Below, piece after piece: positions 12,850 to 24,195 of a stretch of 64,000 nucleotides of DNA. The position numbers and the translations under genes were made by a program. Source of the DNA: Camelus dromedarius (Eukaryota); assembly GCF_036321535.1 (NCBI RefSeq), contig NC_087437.1:59522001-59586000 (forward strand), given 5' to 3'. Position 1 is the first letter of the stretch; the number at the start of each line of letters is the position of its first letter. The notes beneath the pieces are model-generated. The model was not told where the DNA came from. It worked only from the letters and a program-made list of their open reading frames with translations, and made no database searches.

Positions 12850-13050
12850 GGAACTGTCTTCAGATGTCTGAATGGCCGTCCAATGTGTGGACGAGGGGCA
12901 GGCTTACTCCTGGAGAGCCCAGAGGGAGAGAAGGTAGCATGTTTCAAATCACGGAAAGCAAGAGTCACGGTACAGGCTGCTTTGGGAGGTGGTGAGTTCC
13001 CCATGCTGGGAAATTTAAGCAGAGGCTTTGGGAACAGTTGTCAGGGATAT
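12850..13050 (+). mobile_element. CR1/L3 LINE 3' fragment
   Basis: gtcttcagatgtctgaatggc...ggctgctttgggaggtggtgagttccccatgctggg...agcagaggct resembles the L3 3' end. Confidence 0.65.
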
Positions 13051-14924
13051 CCCACAGCTATGGCTGTTAATTCGCCCTTGGTGAGCATTCCTGCAGGGGG
13101 AGAGTTGCAGCTTGGTCCAGCCTCCTATGTCCTCCATGGGTCTCCTTTGTGTTGCCTGGACAAGGCTCACCCAAGACTGCCTTAGACTCTCAAGGCCAGG
13201 CAGCCTGAGCTGTCCTCTGATGATGATGGAGCCTGGCCCTATCTGGCCTATGATCTTAGCTCACTAAAAGTGACCAGGGCCCTCACCGGTGCCGAGTTAC
13301 AACCCAATGTCCTGGCTTTGACCATATGAGAAAGCTATAAATAGCTTTATTTTACTAATGAGGAATACAGGGCTTACCAAGCTTATGTAACTAGCTAGAC
13401 AGTAGAAATCTGGTCCAGGCTCCCAGCACTGGGCCATGTCAATTTCCAAAGGCATTCTTAGATAAGGAGAGCAATGTAAATAATTACTCTCCTTAATTTA
13501 ATCTGTTTTTTTGGAATACATTCCTTAAAATGGTGTTTGGTGAAACATGATTTCAATCCCTGTCTCTACCCACAGAATTTTTTGTTTCCTCCATTCTTCT
13601 CTTTCATCATAGGACACATAGATTAAGGATGACCAAACTTTGGGGAGTTGTAATACCTGCTAATGGCTTATTTGATTTTGTAATCCACCCTCCCACCCCT
13701 TCCTGAAAATACTTGTGGAGGAGGTGGAGGCAGGCAGGTGCACGTGCAAACCAAGCACATGAAAACACGTTTTGTTTCCACACGTTCTGCGAGATATGGG
13801 GGCGACAGCAAAATGTTCTGGGTGGTCTTGGGTCCAGAATCCGGAAATAATGCCGATGACACAGGCGAGCTCTGTCGGGAGAGGCTGGGCGGCTGAGTCC
13901 CGCCTGACTCCGCAGTCAGGTTCCCTCTCGGGCGTCAGTGCTCCCCCGATAAAACCAGAAGGTGGGATGGCCGGACATGCAGGTCATATCCATAATGCTT
14001 GGTTTAGAGAAGATAGTACTCTGCATGTGACTTGGGAGGTGGCAATAGCCACTCCCCACACATACTCAGGGATGTGTCCTTGGGAGCCTCACACCTACTG
14101 GATGGAAAATTCCCACCATGGTGTCCACAACCCAGCCCCTCAAGGAGGGCCCTGCCTTCTCATAGCCTTTTAGGAAAGGCTTTAAAAGAGTCAAGAATTC
14201 TCTGTCCCTTCCGGCTTTCGTCGGGGTGTTTTATATATTATCCCTGGGGACAAAGCCATGACATGTTGATGAAGAAGGAAGCAGGGATTATTTCCTGAAG
14301 AGAAATAATATTAAATGCTGGGGGAGGTGGGTGGTTGGAGGAAATGGAGCCTTGTTCAAGCAGCGTGTGGAGAAGGGGATGTGGCTGTGTCCCCAGCAAT
14401 TTAATGTGCTCTGATCCCCAGACGGAGGAGGGCAGCTCCGGGCGCTCTAAAACTCAGGTGCCCAGGGGAAGAGCTGTTTCTTTCCCAAACGGAATACTTG
14501 ATGGGAAATTCACCCCGAAGAAAAACTCGGGACACTTTCATCTGAGGCCCTTAAAATGTAGCCAAAATGTGTCCTGTGACAGAAATCGAAGGAGAGGAAG
14601 CCCCACCCCAGGCTAATGGGGTGTGAGAAGAGGGACACAGGAGGACCACATGTCGTAATCAGTGATTTTTTTTTGCATCTCAAAATAAATAAATAGTTTA
14701 TTTGGCTTGTTATTCATTTGTTTTGGGATTATTCTGTGTTAAGAAAAAAAGGAGGGAGGGAGGGAGAGGAGGAAGGAAGTGTAGGATAAGGTTGAATGAT
14801 TAAAGAAACTGATTTGCATGAATTATAAATATGCCCTCGAGCTTTTAGGAAAGCAGAGGGTTTGTCAGAGAAAAATAATCCCAATCAAGATAGTTTACTG
14901 TCACACCACTGAGCCTGAGGAAGA

Positions 14925-15040
14925 GGAAAGACAGAAGAAAAGAGAAGAGAAGAGAAAGGAAAATAGAAGGAAGGAAAATAAGAAGAAAGGAAGGAAGCAG
15001 GGGCGGAAAGGAGAAAGGGGGGTGAGGGGAGAGGAAGAAA
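14925..15040. repeat. GA-rich low-complexity tract
   Basis: Nearly pure purine run. Confidence 0.85.
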
Positions 15041-15469
15041 GCCAGGGTAATCAGAAATTAAATAATTATTTCCTTTTTAATCATAAAATTTGCTTAATTT
15101 AAAAGTATATTTAGTGTAACAACTGATATATTTGGCTTTATTTTTTCCCACTCTTCCACCACGTTTTCCTGGAAAAATTGATCAGTGCAACTCCGAAGTT
15201 TTCAGCACATAATCCTGCTCTCTGTCACTCCTATTACAGTCAAATCTTAAAGGAGCAACGGGGTCTCCTTGGCTCTATTTACTGGTATAGGAATGGAGGA
15301 CACGGTAAGTGAAGAGCCCTCTGTCCCTGGAGTGAACTGGAGAAATGGCACACACAGCCCTTGGTTAATGGTGAGGAAGATGACCATGTGGTGGGAAAGA
15401 GACATGAAAGGTATTGGAAAACCGGACTCATACCATATCACACGTGTGTCCATGACAGGCAAAAACCCA

Positions 15470-15720
15470 AGACTGAGAAATTCACATTAAAACCAGTTCA
15501 GAGACAGTGAAACCCAATGGCCCTAGCAGAGGCCAGTACAGGACCCCCCTGGAGAGACATCTTCATAAGCCAAGGCACATAGAACACTCCCAGACAGCAA
15601 CCCCTGCTGAAGATGGGGTGGCCATTAAAAGAATAGTCAAAACCTCATAAAAAAACGAACCTCAATTCTGGAGTATCAGTGGCCATAACCAATGAGAGAA
15701 TAACCTGAGAGAGACTTTAA
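15470..15720 (+). mobile_element. Old L1ME-type 5' region fragment
   Basis: ggccctagcagaggccagtacaggaccccctggagagacatc resembles the L1ME 5'UTR motif ccctagcagaagcaaatgcaaaacc. Confidence 0.45.
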
Positions 15721-15724
15721 ATAA

Positions 15725-16140
15725 GTGAGTTTCAGAGTGAATGGGAAGTGAGAAAAGGGACATGGTTGGTGTGGTCAATGTTTTCAATAAGTCTTGATGT
15801 GAAAAGGGACAGAAATGGAGCAGTAGTTGGGCAGAGATGAAGGAGGAAATGAATGGCATTTAAAGCTGGCATACTGCTTGTCGAAGGGATGACTGAGCAG
15901 ACAGGGAGAGGTTGAGGTTGTGTTGAGAGAGGAGCTCTTTGTAGAACAAAGCTCTAGAGCAGGTGAGAGGTGGTGAGAAGAGATCCCCAGCAGGGAGCAC
16001 GGGTGCCTTGTCCATCTCAGCCGAGGGAAGACGCTAGTGCAGATACAGGCATGGCTCTGGCTTTGGAGGGTGGCAGGGAGATAAGGGTGTTTCTAGCCTT
16101 TGGCTTCTGTTAAAGGCAAAGGAGACAAGGTCATTGGGTG
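15725..16140 (-). mobile_element. L2 fragment
   Basis: gagtgaatgggaagtgagaaa...gatgtgaaaagggacagaaatggagcagtagttggg (antisense L2 motif). Confidence 0.65.
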
Positions 16141-17954
16141 AAAGTTATGAAATCTGAGGAACAAGACAATGCACGCAATTGTCCTCTTGCCAAGGAGGAT
16201 GGCAAGCTTTCCAGAAGAACTTCAGAGGATAGCAGAGACAGCACAGAGGTGTGTGGTTGTGAGTACAATGGATGGAGGAGGGCAAAAGAATAGAGGGCAT
16301 TTTCAGGTGAGTGATTTTAACACTAACTTATTGCCTGGGGAGTGTCACTGTGGCATGGGTAATCAGAGGACAAGCCAGCCCTTTCACTGAAGGACCCCCA
16401 AATGCCAGTTTCTCAAGGTCTGTTCTTGGCATCTGATCAATTTCTCCAGAAAGGCAGAGTCTGGCTCCTTTCTGGGGGGCACAAGCTTGGCCTCAGGTGT
16501 TCTGCAGCAGGGTGGGGAAAGGGGTAGGATCTCACTGGTCATTGTACAGATGTCACTGAATCCTCTTGTGTTCAACCCATTTGTTACCTCCATTACCCTC
16601 CATTGAGCCTAGTGACCCTAAGGTCAAAATCTATTCTGTTAAATTTATTTAGAGATGAAATCTCCATTCTCCTGCTGGCCCTGGTAGGGAAGGGCTGGCA
16701 GCAGGAGGGTGTCAGCCCCTGACTGGGAGCATTGGGGTTGGAGGCACGGTAAGGAACGTGATGTTCAACCCACAGACAGAATTTAACACATCGCTTCTCT
16801 TTTCATGTCTGAGTCACACCCTGACCTCTGCAGGTTGAGTAAGAGGCCAGTTCAGGCCCTGGAGGTGGCTCTAGGCTGTGTGAATAGGGGTTCTGCGGTC
16901 CCACGGATGACCTAGAATTGGGGCAAGTGGGCTCCTGCTGGGAACCCCGTGGCCCATGGACCTTCATCCTGGGGCTGTAGGAGGCCCCCGCTGGGGCATC
17001 TGGTACAGGATGAAGGTCAGAATGAGCACTCCCTGGCTCTCAGGGAGATGTTGCATCTAACTAGCATTTGATTAACTACTTCATTCTTCACCTACCAAAT
17101 GGGAACTGCCCATCCAACCAGAGAACATGGATGCAGTTTTGACTCTTTATCCGGGTCACAAAACAGATTCCATCAAGTAGCACTGGAGAGCCCCACCTCC
17201 CCCAGAATCTGCTAGCGTCTTAATCCGTGAAGAGCAGTAGGACGCTAAGAGCTTCTCTGCCTCGCCTGGCTGGCTGCTTCACAGGCAGAAAAGGCAAGAG
17301 CCCTTGGTTCACTGCTGATAATAAAATCTGACAGCCAATGTCAAGGACGATTACTTTGGATTCTTCACTCAGGCTCTGACTTCCAGTCCCGGGTTCCCAC
17401 TATCAAAGGCAATGGAGCCAAATGATGGTGTATCAGCACAGATGGGAGCTGCAGGGAGAAGCAGAGATGTCTCCTTTCCGCAGGCTTTCTGATGTTTACC
17501 TGCCAAGATTGGATCCGCAGCCGTGCTTATCTGACACGAGGTCATTCTGGTGCCATTGACACTTTAATTCTTTCTTTGTGAATTGGAAGCCAGATGCTTC
17601 AGAGTTCTCTCTCCAGCCCTTATTAATAAATTCACTCTTACAGAGGACAGTTGAACACGTAACAAATTCCTTATGATCATTCCATTTCTTGTTGCAGGAC
17701 TGAGCATTCACGGCTTGACAATACGAGGATTGTCCATTTTTTTTCTCTCTTTTTTTCAGTTTTCAGTTTTGTTAGGTAGAATTGTTACAATTTGACTGCA
17801 CATATTCAGTGCATTTCATGTAAATACATAAACACAATATACTGCACATATTTTTAAAATTTACATATATGTTCTGTTCTTTGTTTCTAAGATCTTTTAG
17901 AGCTTTAGCTTTTTAAACTTACATAGTTATCAAAGAAATAAGGCCAACCACAAA

Positions 17955-18094
17955 ATAAGAATTAATTCAAAAAGATACATACACCCCACTATTAACAGCA
18001 ACATTATTTATAATTGCCAGGATATGGAAGCGTCGTAAATGCCCATCAATAGATGAACGGATGAGGAAGATACAGCATGTATATGTAATGGAAT
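17955..18094 (+). mobile_element. L1 internal fragment (ORF2 end), no poly(A)
   Basis: aattcaaaaagatacatacacccc...gcaacattatttataattgccaggatatggaagc...cccatcaatagatgaacggat. Confidence 0.8.
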
Positions 18095-18845
18095 CTCTCC
18101 TTTTATTTTTACTAGTATTTAAAAATGCCCCCAAGTGATACATACACTTGGTTAAAAATAAGAGTATATGAGAGCTTATGAGAGAAAAACAACAGGCCAA
18201 GCCTTTTCTCCACCTCTCTCCACTCGGTTCCACAACCCGAGGACGAGCATTTACACCTGTGTGGTTGGGGGAGGGAGCATATTGTTTTTACTTAGTTTTC
18301 TAGTAGTTACCTCCATGCCGCTAACTAAACAACTTACATGGTTAACTTTTCAATCATTAACTTTAGGCATTGTTTATTGCCTTGACAGATGGAGATTTAT
18401 CTCACCTACTTCCTCTACCACCTCACTGCCCCCTCCCAGCATTTCTGCGACACTAGATTTAGTCCTCTCCTGGGAAGATGAATGCATGTATTTGAACCTC
18501 TAGTTCTTGTTCTACTGCTGTGGGGACTGGCTCCTCTCTTTTCACTGTGGCCGGTAAGGATACGAGAACTTCTCTCCCCTTTCCATCCCTTCCATCTGTC
18601 ATCCCATATCAGCTGCCCTTTTATTTTTGAATTCTCAGGGCTGATCACATCAGCATTCTGGCCTATAACCGTGAATACTTTTTCCACATTCTTTCTAACG
18701 TGGCTCCAAGCTAGGACCTTGGCTTTTTTTATTGGGGAAGCTGTCCTCAGCCTCCTTATCATCCATCTTTGATTTCTTTTTATTGTGCAGATTGATTAAT
18801 ACACTTGTTTGCCACCCATATCCTGCCCTTAAAACAGCCATATTC

Positions 18846-19124
18846 TTTTTAAAATTGATGTATAGTTGATTTACAATGTTGTGTTAGTTTCAGGTGTACA
18901 GCAAAGTGATTCAGTTATACATACATATACATATATATTTTTTTTCTTTCAGATTCTTTTCCATTACAGGTTATTACAAAATATTGAATATAGTTCCCTG
19001 TGCTACACAGTAAGTCCTTGTTGTTTATTTTATATATAGTAGCGTGTATCTCTTAATCCCAAATTCCTAATTTATTCCTCCCCCGCCTTTCCCACTTGGT
19101 AACCACAAGTTTATTTTCTAGGTC
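18846..19124 (-). mobile_element. 5'-truncated cetartiodactyl L1 3' end with TSD
   Basis: attgatgtatagttgatttacaatgttgtgttagtttcaggtgtacagcaaagtgattcag; TSD aaaa(c/t)agccat(a/g)ttc at 18831-18845 and 19125-19139. Confidence 0.9.
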
Positions 19125-20557
19125 AAAATAGCCATGTTCGATTAACTGTATCTCTATGCTCTGTGGATTAAGCCTCGTGACTGCCTCTCCATCCTTGTTC
19201 CTCATTAAGATAAGTGCACTTTCCCTGTTGTTGATGGTTTTAAGTGCCGTCGGCTGGTCTCCGATACATCAGTATTCTATTATTCCCATTGCTACCAGGG
19301 AGCCCTGTTCTGTACCAGCATCTCCTACCATCAGCTCTGGCTTGAGAGGACCACCGAGCTTCTCAACAATGCTGGCGCCTATCTGCATTCCTACTGCCTT
19401 GGCAAATGGAGGGTCTGCCAGACCCTCTCACAGAACATGGTCAACTGGTGGGCTTCCTGGCCTCATAAAATATGGCTTCTCTAACATGCCCTGAGCCCTT
19501 GGTCCCCTTCCTCCACCGCATGCCACGCAGCTTTGGAATTTCCAGTTTAGTTTTTTCCTAGGCTTCTAAGACAGAGTACACAACATATTAGCACCAGCTC
19601 CTGGGGCCCTTGCCAGGGTGTTAAGTCCTGCCTCACTGCGGAGCACTCCCATACCAATACATTCCTTCCTTAACCATCTTTACATTCTGTCCCTGTGGAT
19701 CAGGCAGCCTTGGAATCCAGTCCCGTGGTATGTTCCCTAGGCTTCTGTTAGGACATGTTGGCGAGGCTGTGTGCTTCCTTTGTCGTATAATCCTATTCTC
19801 CCCTTAGTAGGCCCTGCATTTTTCCCCAAGTTTTGTTTGGGTGAGTTGATCCTCATTATTAATCTGGTGACCTGGATGGGGCTAGATCCTGGGGTGGGAG
19901 GGAGGAGGAGCGGGGACTTATTATCTTGAAAAGCAGAGGTTGTTGCACCATCTTAAGCAAGGGAGGTAGTAGCCTTCAGTTGGCAGGAGTGGTCCAGTGC
20001 AGGCCCAGAAAGTTCAAGGGGTTTCTTGATTCTCAGGTGTGTTGGTCCAGACGTCCCTGTCTCAAGTGTCAAGGTCTCATTCCTTCCCAACCATGACAGC
20101 TGTGAATTGCTGAGAGTTTCACCTTTCTGGAACTCAGCCATCCTCAAGATTAAGCCCCGAGCCTGATCCTGAGCTTTTCCTGCCCTCCAGATGCAGGAGA
20201 CGAAAATTCTTTACATGCGGCCAGGGAGGCCCTCTAACTCTCATACTTTGCCTCACATTTGTGATTAGTTGTTCTTGATCTTTCCTTGTCTTTCTCCAAC
20301 ACATGCATGGCCCTTTGGGACAGCCCTCTGATTCCCTAGTCCTCATCATTATGGCTTCCTCAGCCCTGTAAACACCGGAGATATCACACCTACTAGCGCA
20401 CCCCTCCCGCCAGTCCTGCAGTCCGTTTCACCACCAGTGAAGGTCTTAGCAACTGAACTCCTGCAGCTCCCCCAACTCCACACACCAGGCAGCGGGCAGG
20501 TGGTCCAGCCCCACATTCTCATTTTAGAGTCAACTTCCTCAGACAACTTGTACCAAT

Positions 20558-20952
20558 TATCTTAGGTTGGGTTCCCCAGGAAACACACTCTGTGATGGAG
20601 AGTCATGAGTAGGTTAATGGAGAGTTCTTGCAGCAAGAACACTGTGAGGGATGAAGGAAGCAGGTTGGGCAGAAGGAGAAACTGAAGGGCGACAGATTCG
20701 GAACAAAAAGGCCTAAGCCAATACCGTGGTGAGCTCTGGGGCCAGAGTGGCCATTCAGATTTGTTCCAAATTGAGGCAAAGGGTCCAGGCCTTTGTGTCC
20801 CCACATCAACCAACCTTCAGTGGGTGTTATTCTTGAGGAGGTGGCAAAATCTCTTCTTGGCTGAGGGCAGTACTAGAGTCATCATCCATGGGGAGATGAG
20901 CATCTTGGTCCAGATGGAGGAATTTAGGTGGCATACTACAGCATCCACTGCA
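20558..20952 (-). mobile_element. ERVL LTR (LTR16-like)
   Basis: ttgggttccccaggaaacacactctgtgatggag...gagctctggggccagagtggccattcagatttgttccaaattgaggcaaagggtccaggcctttgt. Confidence 0.7.
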
Positions 20953-20959
20953 GCCCCAA

Positions 20960-21035
20960 ATAATTAAGTGGAATAATTATTAGTGATATGCCTTTCCCTT
21001 TCAAAGGTGTACCATTTTGGATGATAAATTTTGCT
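20960..21035 (-). mobile_element. hAT-Blackjack MER94-like fragment
   Basis: cctttccctttcaaaggtgtaccattttggatgataaatt matches the recalled MER94 terminus. Confidence 0.5.
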
Positions 21036-22344
21036 TCCATTCGACTCCTGCCACAGCCATGTCTCCACTGCTGTGGGCATGAAGGACCCTGTACAAGCAG
21101 ACCCTCCTTCCCACTCTGTCCCCTTACTGGAACTAGCTCCTCCACTTTCTCATGGGGCCATCTTTAAAGGGTCCTCATGGTCATAGGTGCTGCTGACTCT
21201 GGTAGGCTGATTCCCAGGATCCATCATCACCATGGTGGATGAAGAAGCTTGGAAAGAAGACATAAGGTTCTGAAACCATTGCTCCTGCAATTCTGACTGT
21301 AAGCTAAGCAAAAGTTTGTGTCTGATAGGGACACTGCCCCACCTTACCCTTGGCCTTCTCCTACGTCATCAACAACCCACTGCTCAGTCTCCAGCCTCTG
21401 CTTGCTGTCCAACAGCCTTCAGGACTCTGCCTATGAGGCAAAAGAGGCAGAGTAGTGTCCAGATATCAGCAAACACAGCCTTCTTCTCCTGGCTTCTTGC
21501 ATCACTGAGCCCTACCTCCCACCTGGGCTGTCCTTCCTTTGAGAACAGATTGATGCTTCCTTCCTTGGTAGCTGTGTCTTGGTGGCTCTCAGCCTCCCCC
21601 TGAACTGATCTGTGGTGTTTGAGCAGGACAGGTCAACCAAAGTCATCCCATCACATGGTAGAGGAACAGGGGTAATTAGGGGAAGCAGCCATTTCCTGGG
21701 CTTTGCTCTTTAATCTGATGTCAACTGAGCCAAACTTCTGAATCAAGGGAGCACCATCTCAGTGAGCCATTTTCACCCTGATCCCCTGCTCCCAGCTTTC
21801 TGGCTGCACTTCAGATCCTCAGTGCCTTGATCCTGGGCTCTGAGGACTTGCCATCTGCTCTTCCATGTTGATGAGTCATGGAGGAAACTCAGGGAGCCAC
21901 AGCCCACCCACTACAGTTACCAAGTGACCTCCTCGGACCTCTTTCCTCCTTCCCAGATGATGAAAAGAGGTTGGGAGGCAGTAGTGAGTTTTCTCAGGGG
22001 TCTTTCTCTGACCTAGATTTTCCCCTTAGAATAATTTAAGACTATATTTCTTCTTCACTTTTGGGCACTATATATTTTTCATGGCATGAAATCAGAGTGA
22101 TCCTGGCTGGCAGACCTCTGCGCCTGCAGAATGAGGGAGAAGCCTGCCCCTTTGCCCTCATTGTCAGCTTCCTCAGACTTACTTAAACATTGGCTCTTCA
22201 AGTCCATATCCTTGGACAAACCAACAGCATTATAACTAATGTGTTGTTTTGAAATAAAAATGGGAAGTTAACATTCGTGTTTTCATGACACTTTGGTTAA
22301 TGAGACACTCCACACACAAGGTCAGGAGAAAAGCGAAGTCACTT

Positions 22345-22640
22345 TCGATGTCATTGTCAGTGAGCTGAGCGCCTTCTGGGTGCCAGGCACCGTGCTCACT
22401 CCTTTCATGCTTGATCCTGACCACAACCTGAAGGGGGAAGGTGGGCACATTCCGTGATTCTCAATTTTCAGATGAAGAGAGGAAGACACAGGAGGGGGTT
22501 GTAGGCATCTGGGGGCAGAGGCTGTTGTGGACATCTTAACATAATGAGGGCCCTAAATATTTGTTGAAAGATTGAAATTGCCTGAGATCACAGAACTAGT
22601 TTGGCTTCTGAGTTCCTAATCAAATGTTCTCTCTGCCAGC
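22345..22640 (-). mobile_element. MIR fragments
   Basis: tgagcgccttctgggtgccaggcaccgtgct...attttcagatgaagagaggaagacacag. Confidence 0.65.
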
Positions 22641-22824
22641 CCAGCTTCCCTTTGAGTGAGCCCAAGGTTTTGAACACAATAAGTAAGCAGATTTTCGTAA
22701 CTTCAAAACTCCAAAGAAAAAAAGCCAGAATCATGAAAGAAAAGTTTTGAATAAAAATGAGCAGGTTCCAGAAATCCAGAAATCCATGATGCTACTTGTC
22801 CCCCGACTGCCTCACCCATTGCAT

Positions 22825-23082
22825 TTTTTTTTTTAATTGAAGTATAGTCGGTTTACAGTGTTGTGTTAATTTCTGGTGTACAGCATAGAGATTCAGTTTT
22901 ATATATATATATATATACCTTTTCATATTCTTTTTCATTATAGGCTATCACAAGGTATTGAATATAGTTCCCTGTGATATACAGAAGGACCTTGCTGTTT
23001 ATTTTATATATATTAATTAGTATCTGCAAATCCAGAACTCCTGATTTATCCCTCCCCCCGCTTTCCCCCTGATAACCAGAAG
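22825..23082 (-). mobile_element. 5'-truncated camelid-type L1 3' end with TSD
   Basis: ttttaattgaagtatagtcggtttacagtgttgtgttaatttctggtgtacagcatag; TSD ccattgcat at 22816-22824 and 23083-23091. Confidence 0.9.
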
Positions 23083-23225
23083 CCATTGCATCTTAAATGG
23101 AACAAATGGGTCCAACCAGGTGAAGGATGCTCTGTTTTTCACAGAAAAGTCCATTTGCCTTGTGGCCCTTCGGCCCCAGGTGAGCTGTGTCAGCATGGAT
23201 GTCAGCATGGGCGGCACATCCCTTG

Positions 23226-23245
23226 CCCCCCCCCCCCCCCCCCCC
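23226..23245. repeat. C20 homopolymer
   Basis: Directly visible. Confidence 0.95.
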
Positions 23246-24009
23246 GTCAGCCCAGCAACATCCTTCCTCATGATCTCCCCCTGGCCCTCAAATGTGCCTG
23301 GAGAGAGGCGCCCTCATGTCCAGGCAGGCCCATCTACCATGAGAAGTGAAATGAACCAATGCATAGCGCTTCAGGGCGTGGGAGCTAATGCGATCAAGGC
23401 TCAGCCTGGAGCTGCTGGAGCATATTGCATCCATCCGTCACTCGCCACCTCTGAGCAGCCTCCTTCCACGTCTCCAGAGTGAACACTGGAGGTGTTTGGG
23501 GACTGACAAATGTTAGCTGAGTTTTAAGTACCTTTTTGTCTGTCTTGATACAAGATTTGGGTTATTTAAATAGGCTAGCATCTCTTGCCTTTTCAGTCCT
23601 TTAAAGTAAGAAAAGTGCTTGGCATCTACCACCAAAGTGAAAGGTTGGAGATTTTCACCTCCTGAACGTGGGCCTTCCTTTTCTCATCTCCTTTGTCCTG
23701 GGAGATGCTGGGCTCAGGATAGCCTCCCCATCTCCCCGCCAATCAGCATCTCCTGCCCCGTGCAGGGCATGGAGGAGCGGGCTGCGTGGTATGGAGAGGG
23801 GCAACACATCCACTCCTCGTTGAGCAGAAAGAATCCTGGACAAATCGCTTAACTTGCTCCGGGGCTTGGCGTCCATGTCCGTGAGATCACCTGCAATCAT
23901 CCCACATATGCGTCCAGGGTCCCGCAAGGACAGAGCCCTTTGGTCTCCATAGTATCTCTCAGTATTTACACCAGCCCTTGGAGGGAAGTGTCATTATGTT
24001 CATTTACTC

Positions 24010-24195
24010 AATTAATTAATATTCTTATTTAGGGATGCTTAGTGTGTTTACATATTATTCTAAGCACTACCATCCAGCAAATCATTTTATCATTATATTC
24101 CACCCCCCAAAGAGGAATTCATTAGCCTCATTTAAAAGAAACTGAAGCTCAGAGACACTAAGTAACTTGCTCAAGGTAAACAGCTTGTGTGAGCT
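24010..24195 (-). mobile_element. MIR fragment
   Basis: attagcctcatttaaaagaaactgaagctcagagacactaagtaacttgctcaaggtaaacagct. Confidence 0.7.
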
